Origin: Candidatus Heimdallarchaeota archaeon
Lineage (GTDB): Archaea; Asgardarchaeota; Heimdallarchaeia; Heimdallarchaeales; Heimdallarchaeaceae
Assembly: GCA_018238545.1 (NCBI GenBank)
Contig: JABCTC010000020.1
Location: forward strand, 1 to 64,000
Direction: 5' to 3'
Length of the DNA: 64,000 nt
Below, piece by piece: positions 47,564 to 58,800 of this stretch (positions are counted from its first letter, which is position 1; the number at the start of each line of letters is the position of its first letter). Position numbers and translations under genes: made by a program. The notes under the pieces are model-generated. The model did not search any database, was not told the DNA's origin, and saw only the letters and a list, made by a program, of their open reading frames with translations.

Positions 47564-48169
47564 TTAGTTCATCCTCACTTTTTCGTTCATTGATATTACT
47601 TCGTATTCTGAAAGAGTTTCGGTTGAAATCTCTATCTCTTCTTCAGTATTATTTTTGTGATTTAGTATAATTACAGAAAAGGTTCCTTCTGCTAGATTAT
47701 TATGAACATACCTTCTTATTAATGAGACATTCTCAAAATATGTGTTTGGGCTAGCTGGAATTAATTCTAGGTCACCAAAAACATCCATTCGGTAAATCTT
47801 AATGATTTCTCGATTTCCTTTAATTTGTTGTCTTCCAGCAAAGATTGTTTTTACTGTGTCTAAATGGAAACTGGAAAGATCCTTGTCCTCAGATTCCTTA
47901 TAAATTTCTTCAGCTTTACTAATATTATCAATTAACATATATCTGCTGATTAATTTGCTGTAAGCATATGCTAAATAGTCGTCTTCTTCGAAGTTTTCCA
48001 TGGTTTCTGCAACAAATTGCCATAGAATAATAGATTCTAGAATCTCATCTGATTTTTCCAATTCTGAAGTTTTACTTTCAACATAACTCAAGAAATCCTC
48101 AGCAGATTGTTTTGCAAGAATATCTTTCGCTTTACGTATAATTGTTTGAACGGTTTCTTCACTGCTCAC
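47564..48169 (-). CDS. Hypothetical protein (alpha-solenoid-like N-terminus)
   Basis: 201-aa ORF ending 1 bp before the next gene; acidic and helical. Confidence 0.7.
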   Translation of the reverse strand: MSSEETVQTIIRKAKDILAKQSAEDFLSYVESKTSELEKSDEILESIILWQFVAETMENFEEDDYLAYAYSKLISRYMLIDNISKAEEIYKESEDKDLSSFHLDTVKTIFAGRQQIKGNREIIKIYRMDVFGDLELIPASPNTYFENVSLIRRYVHNNLAEGTFSVIILNHKNNTEEEIEISTETLSEYEVISMNEKVRMN

Positions 48170-48401
48170 TGAATATCACAACCTTAATCAGATTGACTTA
48201 CAAGTCTATATTTTTGTTTCAACTTATAAGAAGCTTTTTGTACTATTTTATTAGTATTTATAGCATTCCTCGGATATACATCAAACAAAAACCTAAAAGC
48301 GAACCTTAAGTATCTTTGCAGAACCATACTGCTTCCAAGTAAATAAATACAAAAAAGGTTAAGGTCGATAAAGTTAAAAAAACACTTTTTTATTCTCATT
48401 T

Positions 48402-49448
48402 ATGTCTGAAACTGCAAAAGAAGAGATTTGTGCTTTTCATTATCACAATAAATCTACAGTACAATGTGCTACCTGTGGTTTACCAATATGTGATTTAGAG
48501 GAAGGTGCCACTGCTGAAGGTAAGCAAATTTGTACTATCTGTTTTAATTCTCCCAAAGCTTCTAAATTCAGAAAATATATTCAGATAGGAACTTTGTTAG
48601 TAACATTACCCAGTGTCATTCTCATTTTTACATTAGTGCCTTCTGAAAATAGTTATCAATTATGGGCCTTTCTAGCATTGATACCTCTAATGATTGGTTT
48701 ACTTATAGGTGGTAATAGGCTACTAACAAATATGGCTTACAAAGGATTAGGAAAAAACCAAATGATCCTGCCACTTATACGTTACTTTGAAGCTAGTGGA
48801 AATGATCAATTCTACAAAATCTTTCTAAAGAATTTGAAAAAATTATCAGATGAGGAACTTGAGGAAATACGAGAACCATTATTTGATTATTTGGTGCCCG
48901 CTATTCTCTTTAATTATTCAAGATTAAGTGATAATTGGCAAGAAGATTTGCTTAAGTATCTAAAAATAGACGAGATAGCTTTAGCAAAAACATTTGCTGA
49001 AGACTTCAGAACTCTTCTTATCAATATTGCAGTTCATGATGCTAAAGCAGATTTATCAAAATTCATCTTCTATCTTGGAGAAATTACAGGAAACGATGAA
49101 ATTATTGTTGATTACATCAAAGCGATTGCTTCAAAAGATATCAAGAATCTGGAAGATGACCAATTGAAAAAAGATTATGATATGCTTTTAGAAGAGCTCT
49201 TCCTTTATGAAGAAATATTCTACTCTGTATGTGATAGACTAAATTTGCCGAAGGAGAAAGAAGCTCTAGCTGCATTGCTTAAGCGTTATGAACCTCCCCC
49301 TGTTCCAAAAAGCGCTATGGATGCAATAAAAATACAAAGAGATCAAGTTCTTCAAATGCAGAGACAGGGGTTAGTTAGTTCTAAAGAGGATTTTGAACTA
49401 ACTGATGAGAAAGAAGCTGAAACTGATAAAACAACAGAAGAATCTTAA
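48402..49448 (+). CDS. B-box-like zinc-finger membrane protein
   Basis: CAFH...CATC..PIC...CTIC, then two TM helices and a helical domain. Confidence 0.7.
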   Translation: MSETAKEEICAFHYHNKSTVQCATCGLPICDLEEGATAEGKQICTICFNSPKASKFRKYIQIGTLLVTLPSVILIFTLVPSENSYQLWAFLALIPLMIGLLIGGNRLLTNMAYKGLGKNQMILPLIRYFEASGNDQFYKIFLKNLKKLSDEELEEIREPLFDYLVPAILFNYSRLSDNWQEDLLKYLKIDEIALAKTFAEDFRTLLINIAVHDAKADLSKFIFYLGEITGNDEIIVDYIKAIASKDIKNLEDDQLKKDYDMLLEELFLYEEIFYSVCDRLNLPKEKEALAALLKRYEPPPVPKSAMDAIKIQRDQVLQMQRQGLVSSKEDFELTDEKEAETDKTTEES

Positions 49449-49674
49449 CTCAGTTTCTTTATTTTTCTGTTTTCTATTATTTTTTCTTTACAAACAATAA
49501 TCTTATTTTAGTCATACACAATTTAAGCTGGGAATAACAGATATGATGTATAGCGAACAACCTATGATATTCATGATTTACTCAGCTCACACTGATCTTA
49601 ATATTCCCTATTAAGCATAAAATCTAGATAGTAAAACTCATATAAAAGATTGTAAAAGCAGAGTTGATGCTCTT

Positions 49675-51327
49675 ATGGGATTTAGTCAGCAAAATAAAAA
49701 GAGAGAATCAAAATTTTGGAAATTCCTAGGAGTTTTCCTATATCTTTTTACTATTGCTGTTTTGCTTGTTGGAATAACTTATTTTGTTTGGTCTATAGTT
49801 TTAATCATAAACTCTTTAATTGAACCTTCAAATTCGTTAACAATTGCCCAGATAGTTGTCCAAGCCATTCTCAACTTCCTATCTTTATTTGTAGAAGTTA
49901 TGAGCATTTTCTATACAGTTATGTTATTCAAACATATGAGTACAACTTGTTCTATACCTTTGGCTAAAGAGGAAGAGACAATTGATACAGTTGAAAATCT
50001 TCCAATGGTAAGTGTGTTAGTACCAATTCATTACCCTAACCTCGATGTACTCAATGACACATTGCAATCTATACGAGATTCTAATTACCTGCAAGAAAAA
50101 GTCCAAATTCTTATTGGAGATGATACAGAGAAGTCTCCTAAGTATGATGAACAAATATCTCTGCTTTCTGAAAAACATGAAGCTCTTTACATACATGATA
50201 GAGAGAATTACAACTTCAAAGCAGGCATGTTAAACATTATGCTTCCGAAGGTTAAATCTGATTTTGTGGTGTTTTTGGATTATGATCATAAATTAACCCC
50301 AAATTTTCTTAGAAGGAGTATTTCCAAATTTGCAAATGATGAAAATATTGCTTTTGTACAAGCTAAGGTTAATTTCCGTAATATAAAATCGAAATTACAA
50401 ATATGGGAAGCAGTAATGTATGCACAGTTTTTTGAGGTATTCGAGAGGTCAAAAAATAAGCGTAAAAAAGTTATTTTCAATGGTTCAACAGCTTGTTTCA
50501 GGAAAAAAGTTATAGATGAAGTTGGTGGTATTCCTATTGCAACATTCACAGAAGATGTTGATTTAACTATTCAAATTTTAACTAGAGGATATGATAGCGT
50601 TCTAATTGATGAATATGGTAGTTTTGGTTTAGTTCCTTCGAATTTTCCTCTTTTGCTTTCTCAAATCCTCCGATGGGCAAAAGGAAGTATGCACACACTA
50701 AAATTAAGATGGAAAAATATACTAAAAGGAAAAATGTCTTTCTACGATAAGATTGATCTTTCCTTTAGTGCATTATTGTTTTTCATTGCTTCCTCGATGT
50801 ACCTAACAATCTTTCTTTATGTTATAATGTTCTTTACTGGAAGTGAAGCTATCCGTCTACCTAGTGAAAACTTCCCCCCTCTGATTATCATGCCTGTCGC
50901 ACTAGCAGTCTCTTACCAAATTTCAGCAGTAATCGCCATTCTCTTCTCTAAAAAAGGTAGGGAACTAAAAATTAGTGCTTTTGATTTATTACTATTTTTC
51001 CTTATTGCGTTAACTTTGAACCCATTCACAGTCTATGCAGTTATAAAAACTATTTTCCGAAGAAAAGCGCCTGATAGGAGAAGGGATCAATGGAACGAGA
51101 AAATACCTTTCGTTCCCGTATCAGCGATTATCTCACTTCTTGGAGTTGGGTTAATAGTTTTATCATATTTTGATTTTATTGGTTCAAGTCAAAGTTTATG
51201 GGTTGTAATGGGTCTTCTAGGACTCTCACTTGTTGCAACTTTTCCTGTTAGTCTCTTTCTCTATATTACGACGAGGCATAACAAACCTTATTTTACTCCA
51301 AGGAAAAAAAATGATATCGAGGCTTAA
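49675..51327 (+). CDS. GT2 cellulose-synthase-like processive glycosyltransferase
   Basis: DD, FKAG, DYDH, FNGS, TED, QILRW; multiple TMs. Confidence 0.92.
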   Translation: MGFSQQNKKRESKFWKFLGVFLYLFTIAVLLVGITYFVWSIVLIINSLIEPSNSLTIAQIVVQAILNFLSLFVEVMSIFYTVMLFKHMSTTCSIPLAKEEETIDTVENLPMVSVLVPIHYPNLDVLNDTLQSIRDSNYLQEKVQILIGDDTEKSPKYDEQISLLSEKHEALYIHDRENYNFKAGMLNIMLPKVKSDFVVFLDYDHKLTPNFLRRSISKFANDENIAFVQAKVNFRNIKSKLQIWEAVMYAQFFEVFERSKNKRKKVIFNGSTACFRKKVIDEVGGIPIATFTEDVDLTIQILTRGYDSVLIDEYGSFGLVPSNFPLLLSQILRWAKGSMHTLKLRWKNILKGKMSFYDKIDLSFSALLFFIASSMYLTIFLYVIMFFTGSEAIRLPSENFPPLIIMPVALAVSYQISAVIAILFSKKGRELKISAFDLLLFFLIALTLNPFTVYAVIKTIFRRKAPDRRRDQWNEKIPFVPVSAIISLLGVGLIVLSYFDFIGSSQSLWVVMGLLGLSLVATFPVSLFLYITTRHNKPYFTPRKKNDIEA

Positions 51328-51329
51328 AC

Positions 51330-53012
51330 ATGGGTTGGAAAAAAACATTATGGTTCTCACTTACAGTTATTCTCTTTGCTTTCTTGGGCTATTATGTAGT
51401 TATTAGTAGTATTCATATTGTAAATGTATATAAAGATGATTTGAGTAACTGGAAAGCTATAGTAGGTTTAACACTAAATTTTCTCATATTATTGGTTGAA
51501 TTGTTCTCATCATTTTACTCGGTTTTCATATACTATTATATTGGATCTTCTTCTGAATATCGCTTATTGAAGGATGACAAAAACAAGTATCTTACTTCAG
51601 ATCCTCTCCCCAAAGTTGCCATATTCCTCCCTTTTTATAAGGAACCTCTCACAGTGGTTTCCAAAACAATTGATGGGGCACTAAATATTGATTATCCAAA
51701 AAACCGCTTTGAAGTAGTAGTTTGTGATGATAGTCCTGCAGGAGAATCTACCGACATTGAAGCTTATTGCAAAGAAAAAAATGTCAAATTTATTCATAGA
51801 GATTCAAGAAAAGGTTTCAAAGCTGGTGCAATTAACAATGCTCTGAGCAAGGTCAAGTGTGATTTTGTTGGAATATTAGATTCTGACCATATTCCTACTC
51901 CAAACTTCATCCGTACTTGCTTATCTGGTTTCACTGAAGATGATATTATTTTAGTTCAAGGTAAGCCAATGTTTGTTAATCAAGATAATTATTTGCAACG
52001 TAGTAGTGCTTACATTCACACCCAATTTTTCCATGTCTATCAGAAAAGTAGAGGAACAAGGAATGGAGTCATTTTTGCTGGAACTACAGGTATGTTTAGG
52101 ACTGATCTATTGTTGGAATATGGTGGATTTCACGATGACACTTTGGCTGAAGATACTGATACATCCTTTGCATTAATGTCAAAAGGATACAGAACCCGCT
52201 ATCTTCATATAATTTGTTCTAAAGGGTTGGTTCCATGGAATCCAATAAGTATGATAAATCAAGTGTGGAGATGGACTAATGGTATCACATCAATCATACG
52301 AAAGCGTCTATGGACAATTTTGAGAGGTAAAAACTCTGTAATAAACAAAACTGACATTTTGTCTACATTGTTCACACCCGTAATCGGTGTAACAATGTGG
52401 TTCGTCAATCTTCTACTTTATATCATGTTTATGTTAAGCACTAAACTCAACATTCATGAGTTTGAATTCACCAGACCAATTTTAAATAACACAATTCCCT
52501 TGTTACTTGCTGCCCCCCTTCTTATTGCACTTGCAAGTTTTATAATGGCGTATGTTTCTTGGTATAGAGAAAGTAAAGAAGATCGAATGATCAAACTTCG
52601 TGGCTTCTTCGGAATGAACTGGACAATTTCTGCCTTCTATATGCTAATGCTCACTGCACAATCCTTCCTAATTTGGGCTGTTTTGAGTGCTCTTCTGGGT
52701 GTTAAGAAAGACTTTGATCGAACTGTTAAAGAAAAAACTCGAACCATGGGTAAAATGAGTGCGAAAATCAAATATACGCTTTGGTCTATAGGATTATTTG
52801 GACTTGCAGTTCTGTATTATATTGCTAGTTGGGATGCCTTAATAATAGAAAACAATGCTGTGTTCGGATGGTTTATATTTGCGGCTATCTCACTTACGAT
52901 ACCTATTATCATAACAATTACACATTTCAGAGAAATAGACAGAATGCAAGTTTTTGCTGCTACTAAAACAGCAGACGACATAGAGAAAGAGCATGAGGAA
53001 AAACAAACATGA
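51330..53012 (+). CDS. GT2 cellulose-synthase-like processive glycosyltransferase
   Basis: DDS, GFKAGAIN, DSDH, AED, QVWRW; multiple TMs. Confidence 0.92.
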   Translation: MGWKKTLWFSLTVILFAFLGYYVVISSIHIVNVYKDDLSNWKAIVGLTLNFLILLVELFSSFYSVFIYYYIGSSSEYRLLKDDKNKYLTSDPLPKVAIFLPFYKEPLTVVSKTIDGALNIDYPKNRFEVVVCDDSPAGESTDIEAYCKEKNVKFIHRDSRKGFKAGAINNALSKVKCDFVGILDSDHIPTPNFIRTCLSGFTEDDIILVQGKPMFVNQDNYLQRSSAYIHTQFFHVYQKSRGTRNGVIFAGTTGMFRTDLLLEYGGFHDDTLAEDTDTSFALMSKGYRTRYLHIICSKGLVPWNPISMINQVWRWTNGITSIIRKRLWTILRGKNSVINKTDILSTLFTPVIGVTMWFVNLLLYIMFMLSTKLNIHEFEFTRPILNNTIPLLLAAPLLIALASFIMAYVSWYRESKEDRMIKLRGFFGMNWTISAFYMLMLTAQSFLIWAVLSALLGVKKDFDRTVKEKTRTMGKMSAKIKYTLWSIGLFGLAVLYYIASWDALIIENNAVFGWFIFAAISLTIPIIITITHFREIDRMQVFAATKTADDIEKEHEEKQT

Positions 53013-55786
53013 TGATGGCACAGATTGACATAAGAATCATACTGCCCGTTATTTCAATACTTGGTATGGGATTCTTGATTGTCGATGTGTTCAAAAAGAA
53101 GATTATGAAAATCAATTCTTCGAGTTCTTTAATAGATTATATTATTGAATCTCTACTTTTTGGAACAATGTCACTTGTTGTCCCTATGCTCATAATAGCT
53201 ATAATTGCGGACAAAATCGGAAGCACGACTATCTTAGAGCGCTTTGTGTATACGTACCTGGCAGTAGCCCTCGCTTATCTAATTTTCAAAATATACCTTT
53301 GGGTTAGAAAGAAACTTCCCGTACTCGTCTTAAAGGAGAAGAAGAAAATACCCCAAGGTCTTGATGTATTATTACAAGTTATAGTAGGTTTAATGATTTT
53401 CTTTTTCATACTTCAGGGTTTAGTTTACCCTCTTCGAGGATGGGATTTCTTACACTTCTATTTGCCCAACTCTTTCAGAATATATCTTACAGGTCAATTA
53501 GGGATTGTCAATGAATGGAATTTTATGCCGCAATTCAAACCGCCTGTAAATATCCTCCTATTTGCGTATGGGTTTTTTGTAACACAAACAGAAATGATTC
53601 AACTGATTCCTTTGCTATTCCTTGCTGGAATAGTTTTCCTTTGCTATAAAATAGCAAAATTAGAAGGTTTAACAAAAAAATCTTCTTTACTATCTTCAAT
53701 TGCTTTACTAGCCACTCCTTTTACATTTTTCCTAATATATGAATTTCAATATTACCAAGAAATTTACATAACATTCTTTACAACTGCAACATACTTCTTT
53801 TTCAGAAAATTTCTAAAGAGTGAAAATTTTAAAGATCAGTTCTATAATGCTCTCCTCGCATCATTAGCTCTAAGTGGTTGTGTTTTAAGTAAAATCAGTG
53901 GATTTGTTATACCATTTGTAATTTTGGTTGCAATGCCTTCAGATATGGTAGGGAAAATTATCCGTTCAATTATTGTAGCGGGATTTGCTTTTCAGCTTGT
54001 TCGAAAATCCATATTCGAGGTGTATTTAGGAACGGGGATTCTTATCTTTCTCTTATGTGCATTTTGTATATATCTTATCTTTTCAAGCGAAACATTGAAG
54101 TTTTCATATAAACGTTGGTTGTTAGTTATCGGTATTTTTTCACTTCCATTTGTTGCAGCATTACTGTGGGGTCTTCATATATTGGCTGTTCCCGGTGTTC
54201 AAGATTATCTCTTTAACCTTTATGTGAACTTGCCTGATACTCAGATAAACTTGTCGTGGATGGGAATTTCTCTTCCTGGGACTACAACCTATCTAGAAAA
54301 TGCCCATATCGCAACGTTTGTTTCCTCCTCATTTTCCATTTTGATTGCAACAATGTTTGCTGGAACATGGTTGTTCTTTAAGATATTTGGATTTATCAAA
54401 TCTCATAGAAAGAACAATGAGTTGATACTCTGGTTAATATTCTTCTATGTCTTCTGGCAAGGATTTTTTGCCAATGGGTCAATAAGATACCTCTCCCCAA
54501 TTCTTGTTCCTCTCGCAATTGTTTTTGTAATGGGAATAGATGCCGTTGTTGATTTCTTCAACAAAAGAGATGGTCAAGAAAGAGATGGCTTTCTTGCTAG
54601 TATTTTCATTTTAGCAAGTGCGTATCTATCACTTTATCCTGCTATCCCATTTGAAGTTATATCTGAAGACTTCCATCTACGGTGGTATCATGCTCACACC
54701 CATATCTGGTCTTTGTTAGGTCATATAGTCTTTTTCAACCTCATAACTTTTCTTCTTATCTGGAAAGAAAACAAACTGAAAATTAGCTACCCACAAATTT
54801 TTAATAAAAAATTTAGTTTCCAAAAAATAATTTCCGGCTTTCTTATCTTTATTCTATTTTTCACACCTTTCTTAGCTCAATTTGCTCTGTTAATAGATAC
54901 TGGATTTAATCTAGAAGAATTTCAGATGGAGTATTCGTATTCTACGAGAGAATCATATCAAGAACTCGTTGACGCGATTAACCGTCTCGGATATGCAGAC
55001 AATTTAGCTATTCTTTCAATTAATACGCCTGGTCTTGAATATTACTCCTCTCAACCAATTATTGATTTATTCATGATTTCATTTATAGAGGATTCGGGGT
55101 TAGCTGATTCGGTCTTCCCATTAAGAATCTCGAATGTAACGCGAACGCTTGAATTTTTCGATCAATATAATGTATCAATATTTGTTTCTCTCAATTCTCT
55201 CAATGATTGGTATCCTGCTTATTTGGATCGAATATATTGGAATTACTTTGTATATCGTTTCATGAACAATAATGACTACTTTACATGGAGATTTTCAAAT
55301 GAAGAATACATCCTGTATACTATAAATAGCTACGATCCATATGTGGGACCAGTCGATATTCAACTTGTGGGGCCTCAAAATAGGGGAAGTTTACTTGCAA
55401 GGACACCAGATCCTACTGAAATCATAGGAAATACAGGGTACATTGAAACAAAAATAGATTTAACAGCTGCTCAAACAACTGGTCCAATAAATATTACAAT
55501 TAAGAGTGAATATAGTACAATTTCAAATGAAACAATAATAGAATCTAATAGTTTCCAATACTCGAAACCTGAAATAGAATATTTTCTAAGACTTTCACTT
55601 CTAGCTTTGCCCGAAGAAACAATATACTTACACAATATTGAGATTACGATAACATATGAAAATGTATATGGAGTTGAAGAAAATCACGATTATGTGTTGC
55701 AAGCATTTCAGGGCAACTCTGTTAATATAACCAGAATGGCAAATTCATGGCTATTTGGGGGATATTATGGTTTTATCTATGCTTGA
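53009..55786 (+). CDS. Large polytopic membrane protein, GT-C (ArnT/PMT-like) glycosyltransferase candidate
   Basis: More than 15 TMs, WD...Y loop with KPP, K.SG and RYL.P motifs, C-terminal soluble domain. Confidence 0.6.
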   Translation: MMMAQIDIRIILPVISILGMGFLIVDVFKKKIMKINSSSSLIDYIIESLLFGTMSLVVPMLIIAIIADKIGSTTILERFVYTYLAVALAYLIFKIYLWVRKKLPVLVLKEKKKIPQGLDVLLQVIVGLMIFFFILQGLVYPLRGWDFLHFYLPNSFRIYLTGQLGIVNEWNFMPQFKPPVNILLFAYGFFVTQTEMIQLIPLLFLAGIVFLCYKIAKLEGLTKKSSLLSSIALLATPFTFFLIYEFQYYQEIYITFFTTATYFFFRKFLKSENFKDQFYNALLASLALSGCVLSKISGFVIPFVILVAMPSDMVGKIIRSIIVAGFAFQLVRKSIFEVYLGTGILIFLLCAFCIYLIFSSETLKFSYKRWLLVIGIFSLPFVAALLWGLHILAVPGVQDYLFNLYVNLPDTQINLSWMGISLPGTTTYLENAHIATFVSSSFSILIATMFAGTWLFFKIFGFIKSHRKNNELILWLIFFYVFWQGFFANGSIRYLSPILVPLAIVFVMGIDAVVDFFNKRDGQERDGFLASIFILASAYLSLYPAIPFEVISEDFHLRWYHAHTHIWSLLGHIVFFNLITFLLIWKENKLKISYPQIFNKKFSFQKIISGFLIFILFFTPFLAQFALLIDTGFNLEEFQMEYSYSTRESYQELVDAINRLGYADNLAILSINTPGLEYYSSQPIIDLFMISFIEDSGLADSVFPLRISNVTRTLEFFDQYNVSIFVSLNSLNDWYPAYLDRIYWNYFVYRFMNNNDYFTWRFSNEEYILYTINSYDPYVGPVDIQLVGPQNRGSLLARTPDPTEIIGNTGYIETKIDLTAAQTTGPINITIKSEYSTISNETIIESNSFQYSKPEIEYFLRLSLLALPEETIYLHNIEITITYENVYGVEENHDYVLQAFQGNSVNITRMANSWLFGGYYGFIYA

Positions 55787-55802
55787 TGAAAAATCCACAA
55801 TA

Positions 55803-58800
55803 TCATCTTTTTGAGTAAACTATTCTTCTTTCTTTCCTAGCATTTCTAGTGATAATGAGTGACGTAATTAATGCTATGAATATTATTAACACACCATTTG
55901 TCAAAAACATAGCCCATCCTCCAGAAGGAGAAAATGTGTGACCAAAGAATACTGTTTGATTTGCACTTGCTAGGACCTTTATAATGGTCAACCCCAAACC
56001 ATATCCTATAAATGATGTTACTACTGCAACCAAGCCTAGACGGGAGAAAACTGTTGTTAAGACATTCGTAGTTGTTCCTCCAATCATTCTAAGAATTCGT
56101 GTTTCTCTCTTGTTTTCTTTATACACATTTTGAAGGATGGAATACATATTTACAATTACGATTAATAAAATTAGAATGATTTCTGTGTAAGCTAATGTAT
56201 ATGTAAATAGAAGGCTGCCTTTTAGATAATAATCCATATATTCCAAAGCGACGGATACTATGAAAGTGAACCCAGATATTGGTTTGAATGGAATCTTTCC
56301 ATATTGAGAATCAGTGTCACTCTTGATAGTTATTGTGATAACTTCTCTGCCCGGTTCAAAGGAACGCGTTAATGTTACAAATTTCCCGTCTAATTGGAAA
56401 TAGGAAACATTTACGATGCTATATGGTAACCATAATGTTATACTAGAATACAATTTAGTATTTGTTGTAAAATTTCCATCTATAATTGTTTGGAAGGTAA
56501 CTGGAAGATTATATACTTTTGAACCATTATCATAAACAAAATTAAATTGTACCAACTTTCTTGGTGAAGGAATTTCAAATACTATTTGTTGCCCTTGAGA
56601 GTAAACCTGGAATGGTGCACTAAGCAATTCATATGGACGCTTAAAGTGGATAATGTAATCTCCAGCAGGTATTTGTGCATTAAATTCTCCGAGAGAATTG
56701 GTCTGAAGAAAAGCGATTCTATTGCCATCAAGATCTCTAATAATACAATATTGATTGGTTATTGGAACACCAACATAATTGTCAAGAATAGTTAATATAA
56801 CAAGTGAATTTCCTAAATATATTGTCTGAAATAGTCCATCATCCGTATCTAGAAGGAAGCTGTAAGTTATATTGCTGTATAAGAAGTTAACATCGAACTT
56901 ACCTGGAAAAATATTCATGCTCAATTTTCCATTAATATCTGTATTCGCTGTCCATGATGTATAATTGTATTCGCTACTTATTGATACATCCAGAAAGGAA
57001 ATGTTAAAATCATTACCAAACAAGAAAACTTGAAACTCTAAAGTTATTGGAACATAATTGAGACCATTATAAAACACATAAGAAACTGTTTTTGTGTTAT
57101 AATAAGAATCTACTAAAAAGAAAGTAATTAATTGTCTACCTTCTTGATTATACTCTAAAAATACGGCTGTTCTGTTGTAAAGAATTATTCTTGGATCATG
57201 TTCAAGCTTGAAGTAAACCTCTACAGCATTACTTTCAATTTCAAGAAATTCATCAAGTGTTTCGATTCCCTTATTAGGTGTCACAATGGTTATCTCTGGC
57301 AATTCTGTGTCTATAATGTATTTAACGTTATATTGAACTCCCGGGTAGGTGGTTAGCATATAATAAATGTCATGAGTTCCATCTATTACAAAAATGCTTG
57401 ATAAATCATTAATAGTGAATGAAACATCAAAGTAGGGAAATGTTACAAGAATACTCCCAGAATAGGTTTCATTTAGTGCTGTACCATATAGTTCAGATGC
57501 TTTTTGTCCATCGCAAATATGAAATTCAAAGGTTCGTTTTCTACTTTCAAATAAACTTGTGTAGTATGTAACAGATAAACTATACAACCCAGGATGCAAA
57601 TACACTCTTTCCTTTTCTAAATTTGTTCTTGAGAAAGATACGATTGAAGGACCAACTATCTCGTAATCGATTTTGAATAATGATTGTTCGGTATTTATCT
57701 GTAAATCTATGTAGCTTTGATTTAAGAGTCCACTGTATTCATCTTGTAAATAGAAATCTATCGCGGTAGAACCTGCGAAATTGATTACATTATACGTATA
57801 ATTAACTATTCTCACATTACCTACAAGATCACATGTTAATATTTTTAGATTATGAAAACCATTTTCTACAGGTACAGGAATTGATTCTTCATATGAATGT
57901 GAATAATCCTGGTCGTCCCAACCAAACATCACATAAGAGAATGGTTCATTAATGGTATAGGATAGAGAACTACCCGTTTCAACCGATGATCCATTTGTGG
58001 CACTTATTGTTACGTTAGGTGGTGTGTTATCGACCATAATCTCATAGTCTCTGAAAGACCAAAGTGTTCCTGTAAAAATAACTAAAGATAAGTTGTGATA
58101 ACCTTCGTTTAAACCTTGAACAGTTATTTTTCCGTCATTTGCTATAGGCGTATTTGAATTAGAATCCCAGTGATATTGAATAATTGGAAAGGTAGGATTA
58201 AACCATGTTTGCAATGTATCATTTTCTTTGAAAAATAATCCTTCATTTGGACCAATAATGCCAATATTATCAGGGGTGTATTTAGTTATGAAATAGTAAG
58301 TGCTGATTCTACTCTCTCCAGTTGTTTCTGCTTTCATTTGTAGTTTATGAATTCCAATTTCACTAGGGCTGACGATGAAGCCTTCATCTGCTTTTGCCCA
58401 GCTATTATTATTCCATCTATACAACAAACCCTGATTGAAAATTAGTGTCTCATTTAGCTCTAAGATAGTTAGAGGATATATTTGTGATCCATTCATAACA
58501 TTCAGGAAGTCAATATCTGTTGGAAAATCATATGAGATTGTGAAGAATAAAGTAGTTTCTGCGTAGTTTTTGCTTTTATCATAATCTTGTAAATAGTCAT
58601 TATTGTAAGTTAATATAGTAAGACTATGAAAACCTTCTTCGAAAGGTACTAACATGCTTTGAGGGGGAACCATTCCTTCTGCACTATAATGATACTCTTG
58701 TAATTCCCCTAAATCCCCATCGGGATAAAAGAAAATAGAGTAACCAGTAGTTGCTCTAATTGAGATGTTTAGCTTATCACCAATAATCGTTGAAAAATTA

